Of a stretch of 64,000 nucleotides of DNA, positions 1-12,556 are shown one piece after another. The number at the start of each line of letters is the position of its first letter. Within the stretch, counting starts at the first letter, position 1. Both the position numbers and the translations under genes were made by a program. This DNA comes from Macrostomum lignano (lineage: Eukaryota): the NCBI GenBank assembly GCA_002269645.1, contig NIVC01001252.1, positions 62,001 through 126,000 of the forward strand. Reading direction: 5' to 3'. Below the pieces are notes generated by a model, which saw nothing but the letters and a program-made list of their open reading frames with translations, did not search any database and was not told the DNA's origin.

Positions 1-265
1 GCCCTCTCGTTGGGCAAATCGACAGTTAAGGCGCAGAGTGAACACCGAATGAAACTCAGAAAGTCAGGCCAGGTGCACATCCTCTCACAGGAGTGTACAG
101 CGACCCTAACTTTATTCATCGTTAGGACTGTGTCTTGGGGGTCGGCCCTCAAGGGCGTTGATTGCACGAGCAGAGCCAAGCCGAGATTCAAATTTAGCCC
201 CAAATTAATGTGACTGCACTTGGAATCGAGCCTGGGTTGCTGGCACATCAGAGAGCCGCGCTGGG
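1..265 (-). mobile_element. tRNA-derived SINE-like element (family A), probably cut by the window edge
   Basis: The minus strand begins gtagcccagtgg (A-box-like) ... ggctcgattcc (B-box-like), then taatttggggct and gagggccgacccccaagacacag. These motifs recur in copies at about 905-1190, 49100-49315 and 52175-52385. Confidence 0.55.
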
Positions 266-617
266 CCACTGGGCTACAGACTCCTTACAAACAACTGTGA
301 TATTTAAATCTCCAAAAGTCCGTTTTCAACATTACTCGGTAAAATTGATAGACTTCAGACACAACCTCAGATCGAACAGAACTTGTAAAACTGGTCCTTT
401 TCTGATCCTGAAATTCGGAACATAAGAAATTAAACAACTCAGCAGTAATAAAAGTGCAAATTTCCAATCTAACTGAGAGATTCCGCAGCATTTATAAGAG
501 CTACGAGTATATTGCTTCGCTTAAGCAGGGTTTTATCGCCGTACATGAGTCATTGTGCTGGAAACCAGATACCAGAAGTTCAGAGTCAACTCAGTTGCTC
601 AACTCAGGCGGCTAAAG

Positions 618-3184
618 CTAAATGGAGGTCCTCGGCGAGCCAAACCAGCGCCTGATGATGAAGGTTGACAAGCCGCTGCAGCAGAGCATCGCGATTGAGC
701 CCAGTGCGCCGCGAGCGTTCACCCATTTGCGAATATTTAAAAGGCGATAAACATCTTGAGCAATGTTCGAGTAGGAACTTTCAATGTCCGAAATTACTTC
801 AGCAAGACGTGCATTGATGCGGGAAGCAGCTTCCTGAAATTGGAATAGCGAACTCAGTAAAGGACAATTGAAGTAAGAAAGGCGGACCAATTATATGGCA
901 TGAGTTTTCCCAACAGTACTTAGCTATAAACGCGACTAACTCTCGCGCCATCGCGCAAGGCGTTGCCGTACGATTCACACCCACGCAGAGGGCCAACCCC
1001 CAAGGCACACAGAGTGTACATGCTGACGATTAGAGAGTCAGGGATGCTGTACAACCTGTGTAAGCGTGTGTACAAGAGCATGCCTACGTGGAGTATGTGC
1101 TCAAGAGTCAGCGGGAATGGGAAGAATTGCCTCAACGCTGGTTGTGGGACGATGTCGCCGAAGACGTTGCGCCAGGGTGCCCACAACTGTCTTGCGAATT
1201 TTAATTTTTTACTGCTTGTATTTCAAAACAGGGATGAGATAAAGAGTATGAATGAGTCTTAGGCATTTTTTGCAGCCCATGTGGGTTTACGCGCATTTAA
1301 TTTAATTCGAGATACGTTTGCCAATGTAACGGAGCTTTTGTCTATGGTAGCAAGGCTGTCACAGCGGCATTTACGAGCGTAATTTAGTCCAACAAGCATC
1401 AATTTGGTCCATAGCTTCATTTGCAACTGTTGCGGAGGATCAAGATCAGTCCCAGAATGGTGGACCATATGCTGGGTTGTCGAACGCATGCCACTGGCTT
1501 GTGGTTGAAGCACTCGACAGAGGTGAACACCCAAATAAAGTTGCAAGGTTTGTTGAATATACTCGTATAGAAGAAAAGATGGTTTACAGCATCCATCAGC
1601 GCGTTGAAACCACTGCCGGCGTAGGTCGCCTGTGAAAAAGTGGCAATCGCCAAGGCAAGTTGCTAGAGCCTCAGGTCCAACTGCTACTCGATGCGATTGA
1701 GACGAAGTCTTTGTTGACGTTGCAGAAAATGCAGCCAGTTGACGGAACAGTTACAGTTGGTTATCTGATTTCGATTACCAGCAGAGCTCTGGAAAAGCGA
1801 CTGAAAACTGTTGGTACAGATACTGACAGTCCATTCGCAACAACCCACAGGCGGTTGCAAATGGCTCACATGCGTTTTGGACCAAATTGATGCTTGTTGA
1901 ACTAAATTAAATGCCGCTGTGCCAGCCTTGCTACCATAGACAAAAGCTCCGTTACACTGGCAAACGTATCTTGGATTAAATTAATGCGAGGAAGCCCAAA
2001 TGGGCTGGGAAAAGCTAGCATAATATGAGCATGGGGTCTGCATGCAACTTCGAAAAAGGCTTGTCTATCTCTACGAGTACATTCGCACGCCAACATTGCA
2101 TTAGTACTTGCCGTAGAAACGTTGTGGACTTTTCCAAGGCTGTCACGCACAATGCGGAAATCTTGTACCTTTTTAGGATCCATGAGAGCCACAATGATTC
2201 TAATCGTTTTTGCAGATCCAGAATTTTTTATGCAAATTTGATAGATGTCTGCAAATGACCATGAGATGCGATTAGTTATCCGCGAACTAAAAAATGTTGT
2301 AACTATGCTCAGAAACACTTGTAACTATATTTATAGCGAAAATACATATACTCTTTATGGTTGCGACTTACACAGTTGTAATTTTAAGCGACTAAATGAT
2401 TGTTATAAGTAAACTGAGACGCACAGAAGCTACAGGTATTTCTCAAGAGAGAAGCTGTATTTTACCTGTTCTCGCAACATCTGTCACCGTTATCTTAGCC
2501 TTGCCTTGGTCTCCCAGCTTGCCAGTCCTAAGGACATCGCCTTCCGAATTGCTCACTTCAATTTCGGTATCGAAATCCCAATACTTCGTGGCCTGGAATT
2601 CGAAGTCCATGAAAAGAGTCCATGAAAGAGTGTTTAACGGCGTGAGACAGCATCTCAAATCTGTATAATAATCTGTAGAAATATAGCTTTAAACGGTACA
2701 CAGAAAGACCTAAGAACTATGTGTAACTTTTAGAAGGGGCGTAGCATGTGTCCCGCCAGGCGAATTGATGCTTTCCATGCTTTTCAATTGGCTTTTCCAC
2801 TTGCATTACCCCACTGATATGCTCTATCAGTCTAAGATTTTCATTTGCAAAAACAAACAGCAGGCAATCATTCGAACAGTAAAACAAAACACCAACAAAA
2901 GCATGGCAGGAGAAATTCCGCATCCCGAGAGCAACAGTGAAAAAGCAGAACTCTTCTTTGGCGGCAAAATCCTGGTGAAGTCTATAAAAGTAGCCGAACG
3001 TGTTCCTGATCCCGATCCTGCCGGCGAAAGTTGTCTCAGGTCGGCTGGATTCAACTGAGATGCTGAGCTCTTTGGTTTTTTCATCTTCGAACACTTCAGC
3101 AGTGCTTGAGAAGACGGCTCGAGGACCCGACAGTGATAGAAGCAATAAAAAGCAGGTTAATTGCTGAGTCCAGACGTACGTCAT
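618..3184 (-). CDS. p24/emp24/TMED family GOLD-domain cargo receptor (4 exons: 3184 to about 2900, about 2660-2466, 2248-2112, 833-618)
   Basis: Signal-peptide-like MTYVWTQQLTCFLLLLSLSG, then GOLD-like pieces KEEFCFF / DFEFQATKYWDFDTEIEVSNSEGDVL / DIYQICIKNSGSAKTIRI. These are followed by a coiled-coil-like EAASRINARLAEV, a TM segment and the tail FIIRRWFGSPRTSI*. Junctions 2466/2248 (phase 1) and 2112/833 (phase 0, GC donor) keep frame. The exon1/exon2 junction is not resolved. Confidence 0.7.
905..1190 (+). mobile_element. SINE family A body fragment in the TMED intron
   Basis: gagggccaacccccaaggcacacag, the ctgac-gattagaga-gtcag hairpin and gggaatgggaagaattgcctc are shared with copies at about 12365-12490, 47040-47095, 49100-49315 and 52175-52385. 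Confidence 0.5.
1267..2013 (+). mobile_element. Internally deleted Tc1/mariner-like element with about 140-bp imperfect TIRs
   Basis: About 1267-1410 is the reverse complement of about 1878-2013 (aatttagtccaacaagcatcaatttggtcca vs tggaccaaattgatgcttgttgaactaaatt; gatacgtttgcca..gtctatggtagcaaggctg). The interior encodes a broken HTH-like VVEALDRGEHPNKVARFV..VYSIHQRVETTAGVGRL*KSG, resembling a transposase N-terminus. Confidence 0.55.
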
Positions 3185-4384
3185 TCTAATCTTGGTGCCT
3201 CCGGAAGTTCTGCAGTTGAGTTATTGGGTTCACATTTTCAACGCATTTTCATTTTCAAGGGGACATGACCCTCCTTGACCTCTATTGGATGGTCCCCAAT
3301 GGAGTTAAGCAATCATTAGAAATATCAGGGAAGCAGCTACCCCCTCTGCGCCCCCTCCTGTTCCGCGGTGTCTGAAGTGTACGTGTAAAATGTAGGCCTA
3401 CACAAGTTAGTGAGGATATAGTCATGCTTACCGTAGTGTGTATTGGTTCCTTTACTTCTAAGCTGGTATTGCAGATTTTTGTGTGAAAGCAATCGCATGA
3501 AAATTTGAGACTACCCAGCAGAAAAGCATTTTTTTATCAGTATCGAACCGACAGCAACTCTGTAAATCATTGCGAAGAGATTGAGAGGCTAAGTGTACAA
3601 TTTAACAGTGACTCTCGCTGCCCTTCCAACTCAGTGTTATTTATTTGCTGCTTGCTGAAGCCATGATCTGGGATAAATTGATCCATACAAACCAAGAGCC
3701 CGCGTGCTGCTGGCGTACGGAAGCGTGGAAACAGACCGAAAATTTGGTTGACGTGTCAATTGAGAAAAATGCTAGGGTAGAAAGACGACGAAATATCTGC
3801 ATGGAGAGATACTGAGCTCATATATCTACATGTGAGTAGAGAAAACCAGTAACCTGAAGCATTTTCTTCCAAAAAACGTATTAACTCTTGAATTGGCTGA
3901 CTGTTGTTGATTGCTTTTTTTCATGGAATCTCAACCTTCTGGGCTGGGCTGCGCAGGATGACTTTTACAAAACGTCCTCAGATACTGTATATGCACACAT
4001 TTTGACAGTATATGTACATGTAGATCAAAAAGGTGGCAGAGCACCTCAGCAGGAAACGCCGCGCGTCTGAGTCTCTCGCGCCAACAACCTCTGGCTCGAT
4101 TCTGTACTATAAAGGCCAGATTCATTTTGGCTTGTGCCAATCTGAATGCTGGACGCCCACCTCACCTCCAAAATCGGCTCAATTACGGCGCCATAGTGTG
4201 TTGGGAGTCCTCGCAGTTTTTGATGAGTACATGTACATGCATTCGATGCACGCACACTTGTGCCTGCGTGTTCGTAGCCTAAACACAGCGACCACCATAT
4301 ATTTTACGCAAACTTGATCTGTCACATTCGTTCATGTTTGGTGAGTACAACATAAATGAAAAAGAAGCTGCAGCATGGTACCAT

Positions 4385-6197
4385 CCCGGCGGTAAAAATC
4401 ACGTCGAAATGACGTCGATATTCGCCTTTCAAAAACTTGCGACAAATAAGTAGTCGTTTGAACCTTCATTCGACGTCGAAATTTCGATATGAAATTTTTA
4501 TCTTCGTTTTTGCAGAAATGATTATTAGTGATATTTAAAAAATATTTTTTTCAACGTGATTTTCAGTGTATTGAAAGGATCAATAAGTTCAGTAAAACGG
4601 ACACAATATTTTTTGTTTCAACGCATCGCGAGATACACCTTTTTTAAAATATCGCCATGCTGAATGTCGATCTATTATTTGTCAATTGCAGACTTCCAAA
4701 TTATTTTACTGCGATCCATACGTAAATCTTTAACGTAAATTTTCTGTAACACACATGGAAATTCTTATTCTTTCATTGCGTTTCATTTTTTTCGCTAATT
4801 AATTAATCTGATATACAATTTATGCGTTTAAAGTTCGATGTTTTATAATACTGTTGCCTATAGGACGGATCTAGGTTTAACCGTTTAACCTTTTATACAG
4901 GATAAGCGAATTAATAATAAAGTAGCCATAAATTAGCAACTTTTTACGTTTTAGTACAGCTTATTGGAAATGAATAATAGTGTAATATTAAATAAACAAT
5001 AATATATTAACTTTTATAAATGTAATAAAAGCACAATTCTATAGCTAAAAGAATATTTTGTTTTAGGAAATTTAAGACGTAAGTATAATTTTAGCTTAAA
5101 TAGTATATATAATTATCCCATTTAAGCATTAATTATTTCATTATTTATTCTAATATATGTTTGTTACATTCTAAATAAAAGCATAGCCCAACCCATAGCT
5201 GCTCATGAAATAGCTAGAACAGCTATAGCATTTAAGTACCTTATCACCAGCATCTAGAGCATGAATTACTACCCATACTATAATTATCTATTTTTTTTCT
5301 ATGTAATGAAAACAGGATATGCTATGTAACTATGCTATAAAAACTTTTATAAATGCTCTATATGGCCCAGCAGGAATATATAGAACATTGTATAGTATTT
5401 TACTTGTTTAGTAAAGCCGCTGCTTACTCTACCAAAAATTCCAGCAAATGCCCAGGCTCTGTCAAATCGGCGTCTGAGGACGTCCTACGTGACCGCACAA
5501 GACGCTTTTTTAAGGGCCACTAAAAAGCTGAATTTCCGTGTGGAGTAACCGCGCAGACGCCGTTGATTTTCAGTGTTTCCCTTTCACGATTCCAATTTGT
5601 TGAATTAATGTAGTTGCATTTGTTACCATTGTTGCTCCTCATTTTTCCATCATCGTCTATTTTCTATTCTTAATAGCTTTGATGCTATTTCAATGATCGT
5701 TTCCATAATTGCTGGTGAATTGAATACACTGTTTTTTCATGGTTGCGGGATAATAGGATCTGGTTTGGATAGCAAATGAAACGTCATACAGCCTTGCTTG
5801 GCATTTTATGCTTAAATATTTCTTTCCTATTAAGGTAGATTAGTGACTTTAGTGTATGGATTAACATTTATGTTTCGTCAGCTTAGTTCGTTTGTAGTTC
5901 GTACATGTAGTTCGTCAGTTTATGACTATTGTATAAAAATAATGCACTATAGTTATATTATTAATATTAATTAGTATATGTAGATAAAAAATCGTCAGTT
6001 TGTCGAAAATCGCCATCTACTTGCGGTCATCAAGAATATGAACGACGTCGACTTTTCGCCATCAATAGTGGAAAACGCGACGTCGCACACTCTACATCTG
6101 ATGGCGAAAATTTCGACGTCGAAATCGTGGTTCAAATCGACATGAAATTTCGACGTCGCTTTTCGACGTCATTTTTGACGTGATTTTTACCGCCGGG
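4385..6197. mobile_element. Non-autonomous TIR DNA transposon, CMC-EnSpm-like
   Basis: TIR cccggcggtaaaaatcacgtcgaaatgacgtcga ... tcgacgtcatttttgacgtgatttttaccgccggg. CCC/GGG termini with a 2-bp AT duplication (4383-4384 and 6198-6199). AT-rich interior with no long ORF. Confidence 0.75.
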
Positions 6198-7666
6198 ATG
6201 CAGCGCAATTCTCCTTTCTAAACGGAAAGTTTATCTCAAAAACAGGGCAACTGCATGGAGTAAAATCTATAGTTTTACAGAAATTCAAAGAAGTAACTTT
6301 GTAAATGAACAACCAAAATCATCGAACTAAAATGATCCAGAGCTTAAAAATCAGGTGGCATTACCAAATGTTTTGCATACATAAGCACGTTAGTAAATCA
6401 TTAGCATTGTACATGTAGCTTATAAACTCGAGTTTTATTCGAAAATATAACTATAAAGCTAAAGTTTGCAGGAAAAAGAAGACACATCGAATTAAAATAG
6501 AGATTGGTGAGTAATTACTTCGCTCAAAAAGTACATGAACTTCGCAAAGTTGTTAATATGTTAGCGAAGTCCTATCCCAAACATGAAGTCCTATATCCTA
6601 TATCCTAGTAATTCGCTCAAGTTATCAAAAGGAACCACTGGAGTTATAATCATATTCCAGTTGTCCTTGAGTTAACATCGGTTTTTGAGTCAACATATTT
6701 GACCTACATGACATGCACAGTTTTCTGAAGCAGTTCACGCTATAACAAAATATAAACAAATATACCAGCTAAATATGCCTAATGTTTAGGAAAAATTGTC
6801 GCATGAAAAATTGAATGATTTAAATAAGCAAATGTAACAGTTTTTAAAAGATTTAATAAAAAATGTACTAAGGCTGTTTTTAAAATTGTTTATCTGCCAA
6901 TAATATTTAAGGACCATTTTGGCCTTAAGTATTGAACCAGGTCTTAATTCTCTTTTATCTGTTTCTACGAGTATGTTTGAAGAAAAATGCTTTCAGAGAA
7001 TCTTGAACTTCAAGTATAAAAATTCTTCTGATTTTATCAAACTTTTGTCAGAGACCTCTCAGATTCCTAGTACAGTGTACATAAGAAAATATTGAAAATT
7101 ACATTCGTTGTTTGCACATTGTCCCATTGTTCTTCCCAATCCCAAGTTCCCATGTTTTAAAGACGACTAGGGCCTATACTTTACCCAGTGGTAGGCCTAG
7201 GTTATAACCTTAGTGGCTAGGTGGTCCCAAATTATCAAGAGTCAATAAACTGTAGTGTTTAATAGAACTCTATGACTAAGTGTCTATTGAAGTGCGTGCA
7301 GTGATTTCGTCTGCTGAACAAAGTTTTTCAGACAGACAAATAGGGCGCGGGTCACAGTTCCATTCTCCTTGGTCCGAGGCATGGACTTAAGTGAATTAAA
7401 AGAAACATACAGAATTTACTTGTTTGAATAGAAGGAATACTGAATAGAAGGAACTTCACGTCAGATGTGACAAATGAAAAATCGACAAATGACAAGTGAC
7501 AAATGACAAATGATTAAATGAAAAAATGTAAAAATTATTTTTAGGCCTAGTTAAAAAAACAACCTAGATAGGCCTAACTAAAAAAGAGAAATAAGTGGTA
7601 TAAAAGTAAATATTCTATAGGAAAAATACTTTCTATTTCCAAGAATATGTCATATAAATTGATTAG

Positions 7667-8048
7667 TAGAGGTCGGACAGGATCCCAATCCCAAAATCTT
7701 GGGATCCCAAGGAAAATTGGATTCCCGTGGGACTAGAATCCCGACTCTAAAAGTCACAAGAAATGGGAACAGGTCTTTTGATTAAAAATTTATAGAAAAA
7801 GTGATTACTTGAATGTATTTTATTTCACCTTGTACTTATTACATTATTAATTTGTTGGGTACAAAACTTTGCATCAATTTTGTTGTATTCTACTTTTTGA
7901 TTTTGACATTTTAGCTCAATTTTGTTTAACTTTATATGGACCTATAAGCTACAATACACTAAAAGACCTGATCTCGATCCTGATCCTAAGAAAAAAATTA
8001 TTCCTGATCCCAATCTTGCCTAAAGATTTCAATCCCGTCCAACCTCTA
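7667..8048. mobile_element. hAT-type MITE
   Basis: TIR tagaggtcggacaggat / atcccgtccaacctcta. Exact 8-bp target-site duplication TTGATTAG at 7659-7666 and 8049-8056. Confidence 0.85.
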
Positions 8049-8313
8049 TTGATTAGGCCTAAGACCTAGTAAAACATTAGTTGAATAATTGTGAAGTTAT
8101 ATTTATCTAACTAAACACATTTTTTACTAGAAACTAGAAATTGAGTCCAATTACACAAAAAATAAGCCTAGTATTATCAAAAAGTCAAATTTTATATAGA
8201 AAACAGAGTTAAACTTAAGTAATATCAATATATCAAAAATCATTGCTAGTGATAATACTAGTGCAAAAAATGTAATAAATATGTTGCAAAGTATTTATTT
8301 TATAGGCCTCAGC

Positions 8314-9549
8314 CAGTAGGGTTTATGGATTTTTGTCAACTTGGTTGTTGAATGTTTCAACCCTTATTTCTACAGTTGACAAATATTCTAAATATTCCCC
8401 TGCCTGTTGACAAAAGTTCCATAGCCAAATTGAAGGCATCGGAGAATTGCCTTTGTGCACGATTTATTGCGTACGCTGTATTGCATAACATGTGTTGATT
8501 GCCATTAGGCAATATTGTTGTGCATTATAATCTAAGCATGAACTAGCTAGCAGATGTAATGACTCACAAGTTGGCACATGAATAGTGTGCACTGTGCAGT
8601 GTCGACACAATTTAAAGAAAATATGCTAGGTGCCATTGATTTGTGGAGTATATATATACTTGTATACATTCTTTTGCTTTGCTGTCACTCACACGGAATG
8701 AACAGCAATATCAACAACTGCATTATGTGCCAAGAAGCTGTGTACCCGTGGCAAGAAGGTTTGCAATGCGGTCAATGCAAAAAGTGGTAGCATTGTACAT
8801 GCCAAAGTGGTGTTAGTTGCCAACAGTATCGCCATCTGCAGCAGCTAGAAAGTTTCGAGTTTAGCTGCAGCCTTTGTTGGGAAGAGCCGTAGGAACAACC
8901 TGAACAGCCAATTGTTCTGCCTGCATTGGCTGTCTAGCACAGCAGCCAGCAGTGCCGGCTGTCCAGCAGCTGCAGCAGTCAGCAGTGCTGGCTATCCAGT
9001 AGCTTCCGCATCCTTCCGCATCATCCCAAGTGCATCAATGTTAAACTCCATTTTTTAATGTAACCCAGGCTTATTGGCTATTGGCCCAATAGCCCAACCC
9101 TCACCAGTTCCACAACATCAAGCCAAGCTATATTGTACAATATTTATACTGTAACTGCATGTTTGTATTGCAACTTGTATCTTGACATTTTAACATTTTT
9201 TACCATTGAAAATTTGTTCAATCAACTCTCTATAAAAAAACTGCACCAGATTGTTACGATGGAAGTTGATGAAAAAGTAAAATGTAGTGCGACTGGCAAG
9301 TTGAATTCTTGCCAAGTAATTATTGGACTATAAAGTTTAATAAATTTACTTACTAAAATATGCATCATGTAAGTTAAAGTTAAAGTGCATCTAATGACAC
9401 CTAGTTGATAAAAATTCCACATTTCTCATTGGTAGTTGACAAAGATTCCATTGTTCCTATTGGCAGTTGACAAACATTCCAACTACCAATGAATTTTTGT
9501 CAACTCTCAGTTGACAAAAAAAAGTTGACAAAAATTCTAGGATCCTTAG
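8314..9549 (+). mobile_element. TIR element carrying a pseudogenised PHD finger (MULE-like, tentative)
   Basis: Imperfect TIRs tagggtttatggatttttgtcaactt / aagttgacaaaaattctaggatcctta, with repeated subterminal gttgacaa words. 8719-8892 encodes CIMCQEAVYPWQEGLQCGQCKKW*HCTCQSG..FSCSLC (C4HC3 pattern) with a stop at 8788-8790. No TSD identified. Confidence 0.55.
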
Positions 9550-10559
9550 TAGTAGATATATATCTATAGGCCAAACTATAATTGAAGCTAAAGCCAAAAA
9601 GAATATTTTTTATTATATAATATAATTCTATTTTATATTTAAAGCTGAGTGGACTGATCAATCAATCAACTAGTAGACCAGGTTTAATGCATATCTCCTC
9701 CTAGATGGCTGGCAACTCAAATGTGGGACTGATATATATCAATGCAGAATTGTCCTACACAACAAATAGGCTATTTTAATTTTGAATTTATAAAAATTAA
9801 GTCTGTTAAAAAAAGCAGACAACTGTTTTCTTAACCTTCTTTGGCCACTTTTTTTGCTTTGAACTAAAAATTTTCATCAATTTTGAGTAATTACGCTACA
9901 ATTTTTTCCTATTTCGGTCGTGTATTTTCTCCAGTGGGGGGATGGAATTTTAAGTGGCTGTGTGTACACTTGGACCCTGCTAACTAGTAGACAGTGAACT
10001 TCAATGCATAAACTTGTAAGCCTCTCACTGTAGCAGGCAGTGAATGTACACTAAAAAATTCAATGCTTTAAACTGGGAAATTTCAAATGCAAACTGTTCT
10101 TCAAGTTTTGAACTTTGAGAGAAAAGACTTATATTGCAAGAATGATCTTTCAACACTGAGTTTGGGGATGTAAGTTTTTAGATATGAAAAAAGCACAGCA
10201 TTCAAAAAATGATTTCCATACTTTAACTTTCTGCATAATTAATCTATAATTAACAATGGCAATGGTTGTCTGCCAAAATGTGAATTTTTAAGACTAATAG
10301 TAATATTTCAACCTATGATTTATTAATAGATCCCATTTATTATATATCAAAAATGATTAATATTGCATTTATCTTAATGTTAGCCCCTATTATCTTAATC
10401 ATACAATGTGTATACAACATTGAAAATCTCTATTCTTCAAGTCCTTGACTAGTGACCACAGACTTAAGAGTTCTTTTTGCATTGAAAATAAAAATATATA
10501 GTATATATACAATAAAATAAATATATATTATATATTATTTATAAAGTATATAGATTTAA

Positions 10560-11360
10560 AAATATATTGCTGGAATATCTAACCTAGAAGACTTATTTAG
10601 GAGTTCCCTCTATAAAAGCTTTAAAACTGATATCTGGTCTTCTAGCCATTGGTTCACAAGGGCAATGACCTCATTAGATTCAAAATTGTGCCCATGGAGT
10701 AGCTTCTTCAGCTGGCAAAATAGGTAGAAATTTTAAGGGGCCAGGTCTAATGAATAGGTAGGATGGGGCAGAATTTTGAATCTTGCAGTGGTGGCAACAT
10801 TTATTGCAACTTGGGCTGTGTGAGTAGGGGCATTATCATGAAGTAATAGAGGTTAGGCATTCAACTTGCCTTGCCTCTTCAAGACAACTATTTGACAAAG
10901 TTGGCCTAGCTGTTCAGCATACTGCACACTTGTCACACTCACAGTATGCCCTACTGGCAGGTACTCAGTAGCAAGATCCATTGACAATTAGAAAAAGCAG
11001 CCTAAGACCTTGTCAGCCAACTTCACTTACTTGAACTTGTGGGACCTCTTGGATGCTGCCACTCCATGGAGTCACTTGGACTCAGTGTTGTAGTGGTATA
11101 GCCAGCACTCATCTATAATTTTGCTTGTGGTCCTACAAAAGCATTCAAGGCACCCAATGGGCATTGACCTTGTTGTATCCAAGGATTTAGTGCAAGATCT
11201 TAACTGAACCAACTAAGATCCCAACAGTGTATGCAATGCTGGCAAATCGAGATCCATTAATCTTCATCTAGGAACTTGGCAACTGCATTAACTTTCTTCT
11301 AGTTGGCGCTCGTATCAAGGCATCTATTCTATGGTCATCTTCAAGGGTCACCCTGCCTTA
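10560..11360 (-). pseudogene. Decayed mariner (DD34D-type) transposase
   Basis: Minus-strand motifs in the expected order: HWVP (about 11150), DECWLYHY (about 11100), LLHDNAPTH (about 10830), HPTYSLDLAP (about 10750), FYLFCQLKKLLHG. Multiple stops and frameshifts. Confidence 0.85.
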
Positions 11361-12556
11361 CTTAAATTCATTATAGTACCTCTCAATTGTGCATAGAGAG
11401 ACAAGTTGTAGGGTATAACAAGTTGATCTCTGCTTTGATAGCTAGTGGCTTTAGCCCTTTTAAGGTGAAAAATTAAATGAGAGCTCAATACTCCTGTTTT
11501 TTTCATTTTGATAAGAATGCAGAGGGTGCTTTGAATCCTTGCAAAAAAATAGCTTAAAAAAACTGATAACAGATTGAACATCTGCCATGGACGCTATATA
11601 AAAGTACTATTCTAAACCAAAAAGGTTGAAAAAATGTAATATGGCCAAATGACAAAACTTTTTGAATACACTTCCAATTGAAATTAAATATTTGCTAGAG
11701 ATTTCTAGTAGTTCTTATATAATATTTAGTATAATTTGTATTCACAGTGGTATAATTTTTTAAATTATATACATATATACTATTGTCTATATCACTAAGC
11801 AAATATGGCAATATTCTTTAATATGTGATTTGTTAAAATAGGAAATTTGCCATTTGATTTTTATAACAAAGAATCCATTTGGCCCTCAATAACATTTGGA
11901 AAATTTATGGGCTATAGCCATTTTAACTAAAGTTATTTTGCTGATATCAGTTAAAAGATGAGAGATTTAAATCTTTGGCACTCTGTTTTTTATTTTTAAC
12001 CTTAGTTTTTATAGAAAAGTGTATTTATGTAGTGCGACTATGTATGAGTACTATGCTATACAAAAAAATTTGTGACAATATTTTTCTTTAAAGATTAGAA
12101 GTTTTGTAAAACATTTTTATTGGGTTTAAGTTAATAAAACAGTGACTTTGACTTACTAATTGTTTGGAATGTGCACGTCTGTGTCTTGGGGATTGGCCCT
12201 TTTGATTGTGGATTGCATAGCCCCCTAGGTCATTTTTGTGCACACCTGCCTTTGGGTAAATGGCAGGAGTAACTTTGACTGCATTATTAAGGCTAAATGA
12301 GTTGTCATCTAGTTAGTACTTTGTCTCTATTTTGGGTAGGCATTTTTGCGAGTTACCTTGGCCAGGCCCCTCACCAGTTGGCCGGGTGTTGCGCATGTAT
12401 GTTCCTGACGATTAGAAAGTCAGGACTGCTCTAAAACATGTGTGAGTGTGTGTATTAGTGCATGATCAAGAGTACATTTGTGCTTTCTGAACAGTATTAC
12501 AAAATTGCTATCCAGCATAATTAAACAGAATATACACGTGCCAACTGGCATTGCAG

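Noticed and set aside
12400-12430. Hammerhead-like CTGACGA..GAAA in the SINE A hairpin (also CTGAAGA..GAAA at about 49265)
   Set aside because: Only 3 nt lie between the core boxes, the cleavage triplet would end in G, and other copies have GAGA or GAAC. A plain ctgac/gtcag hairpin explains it better.
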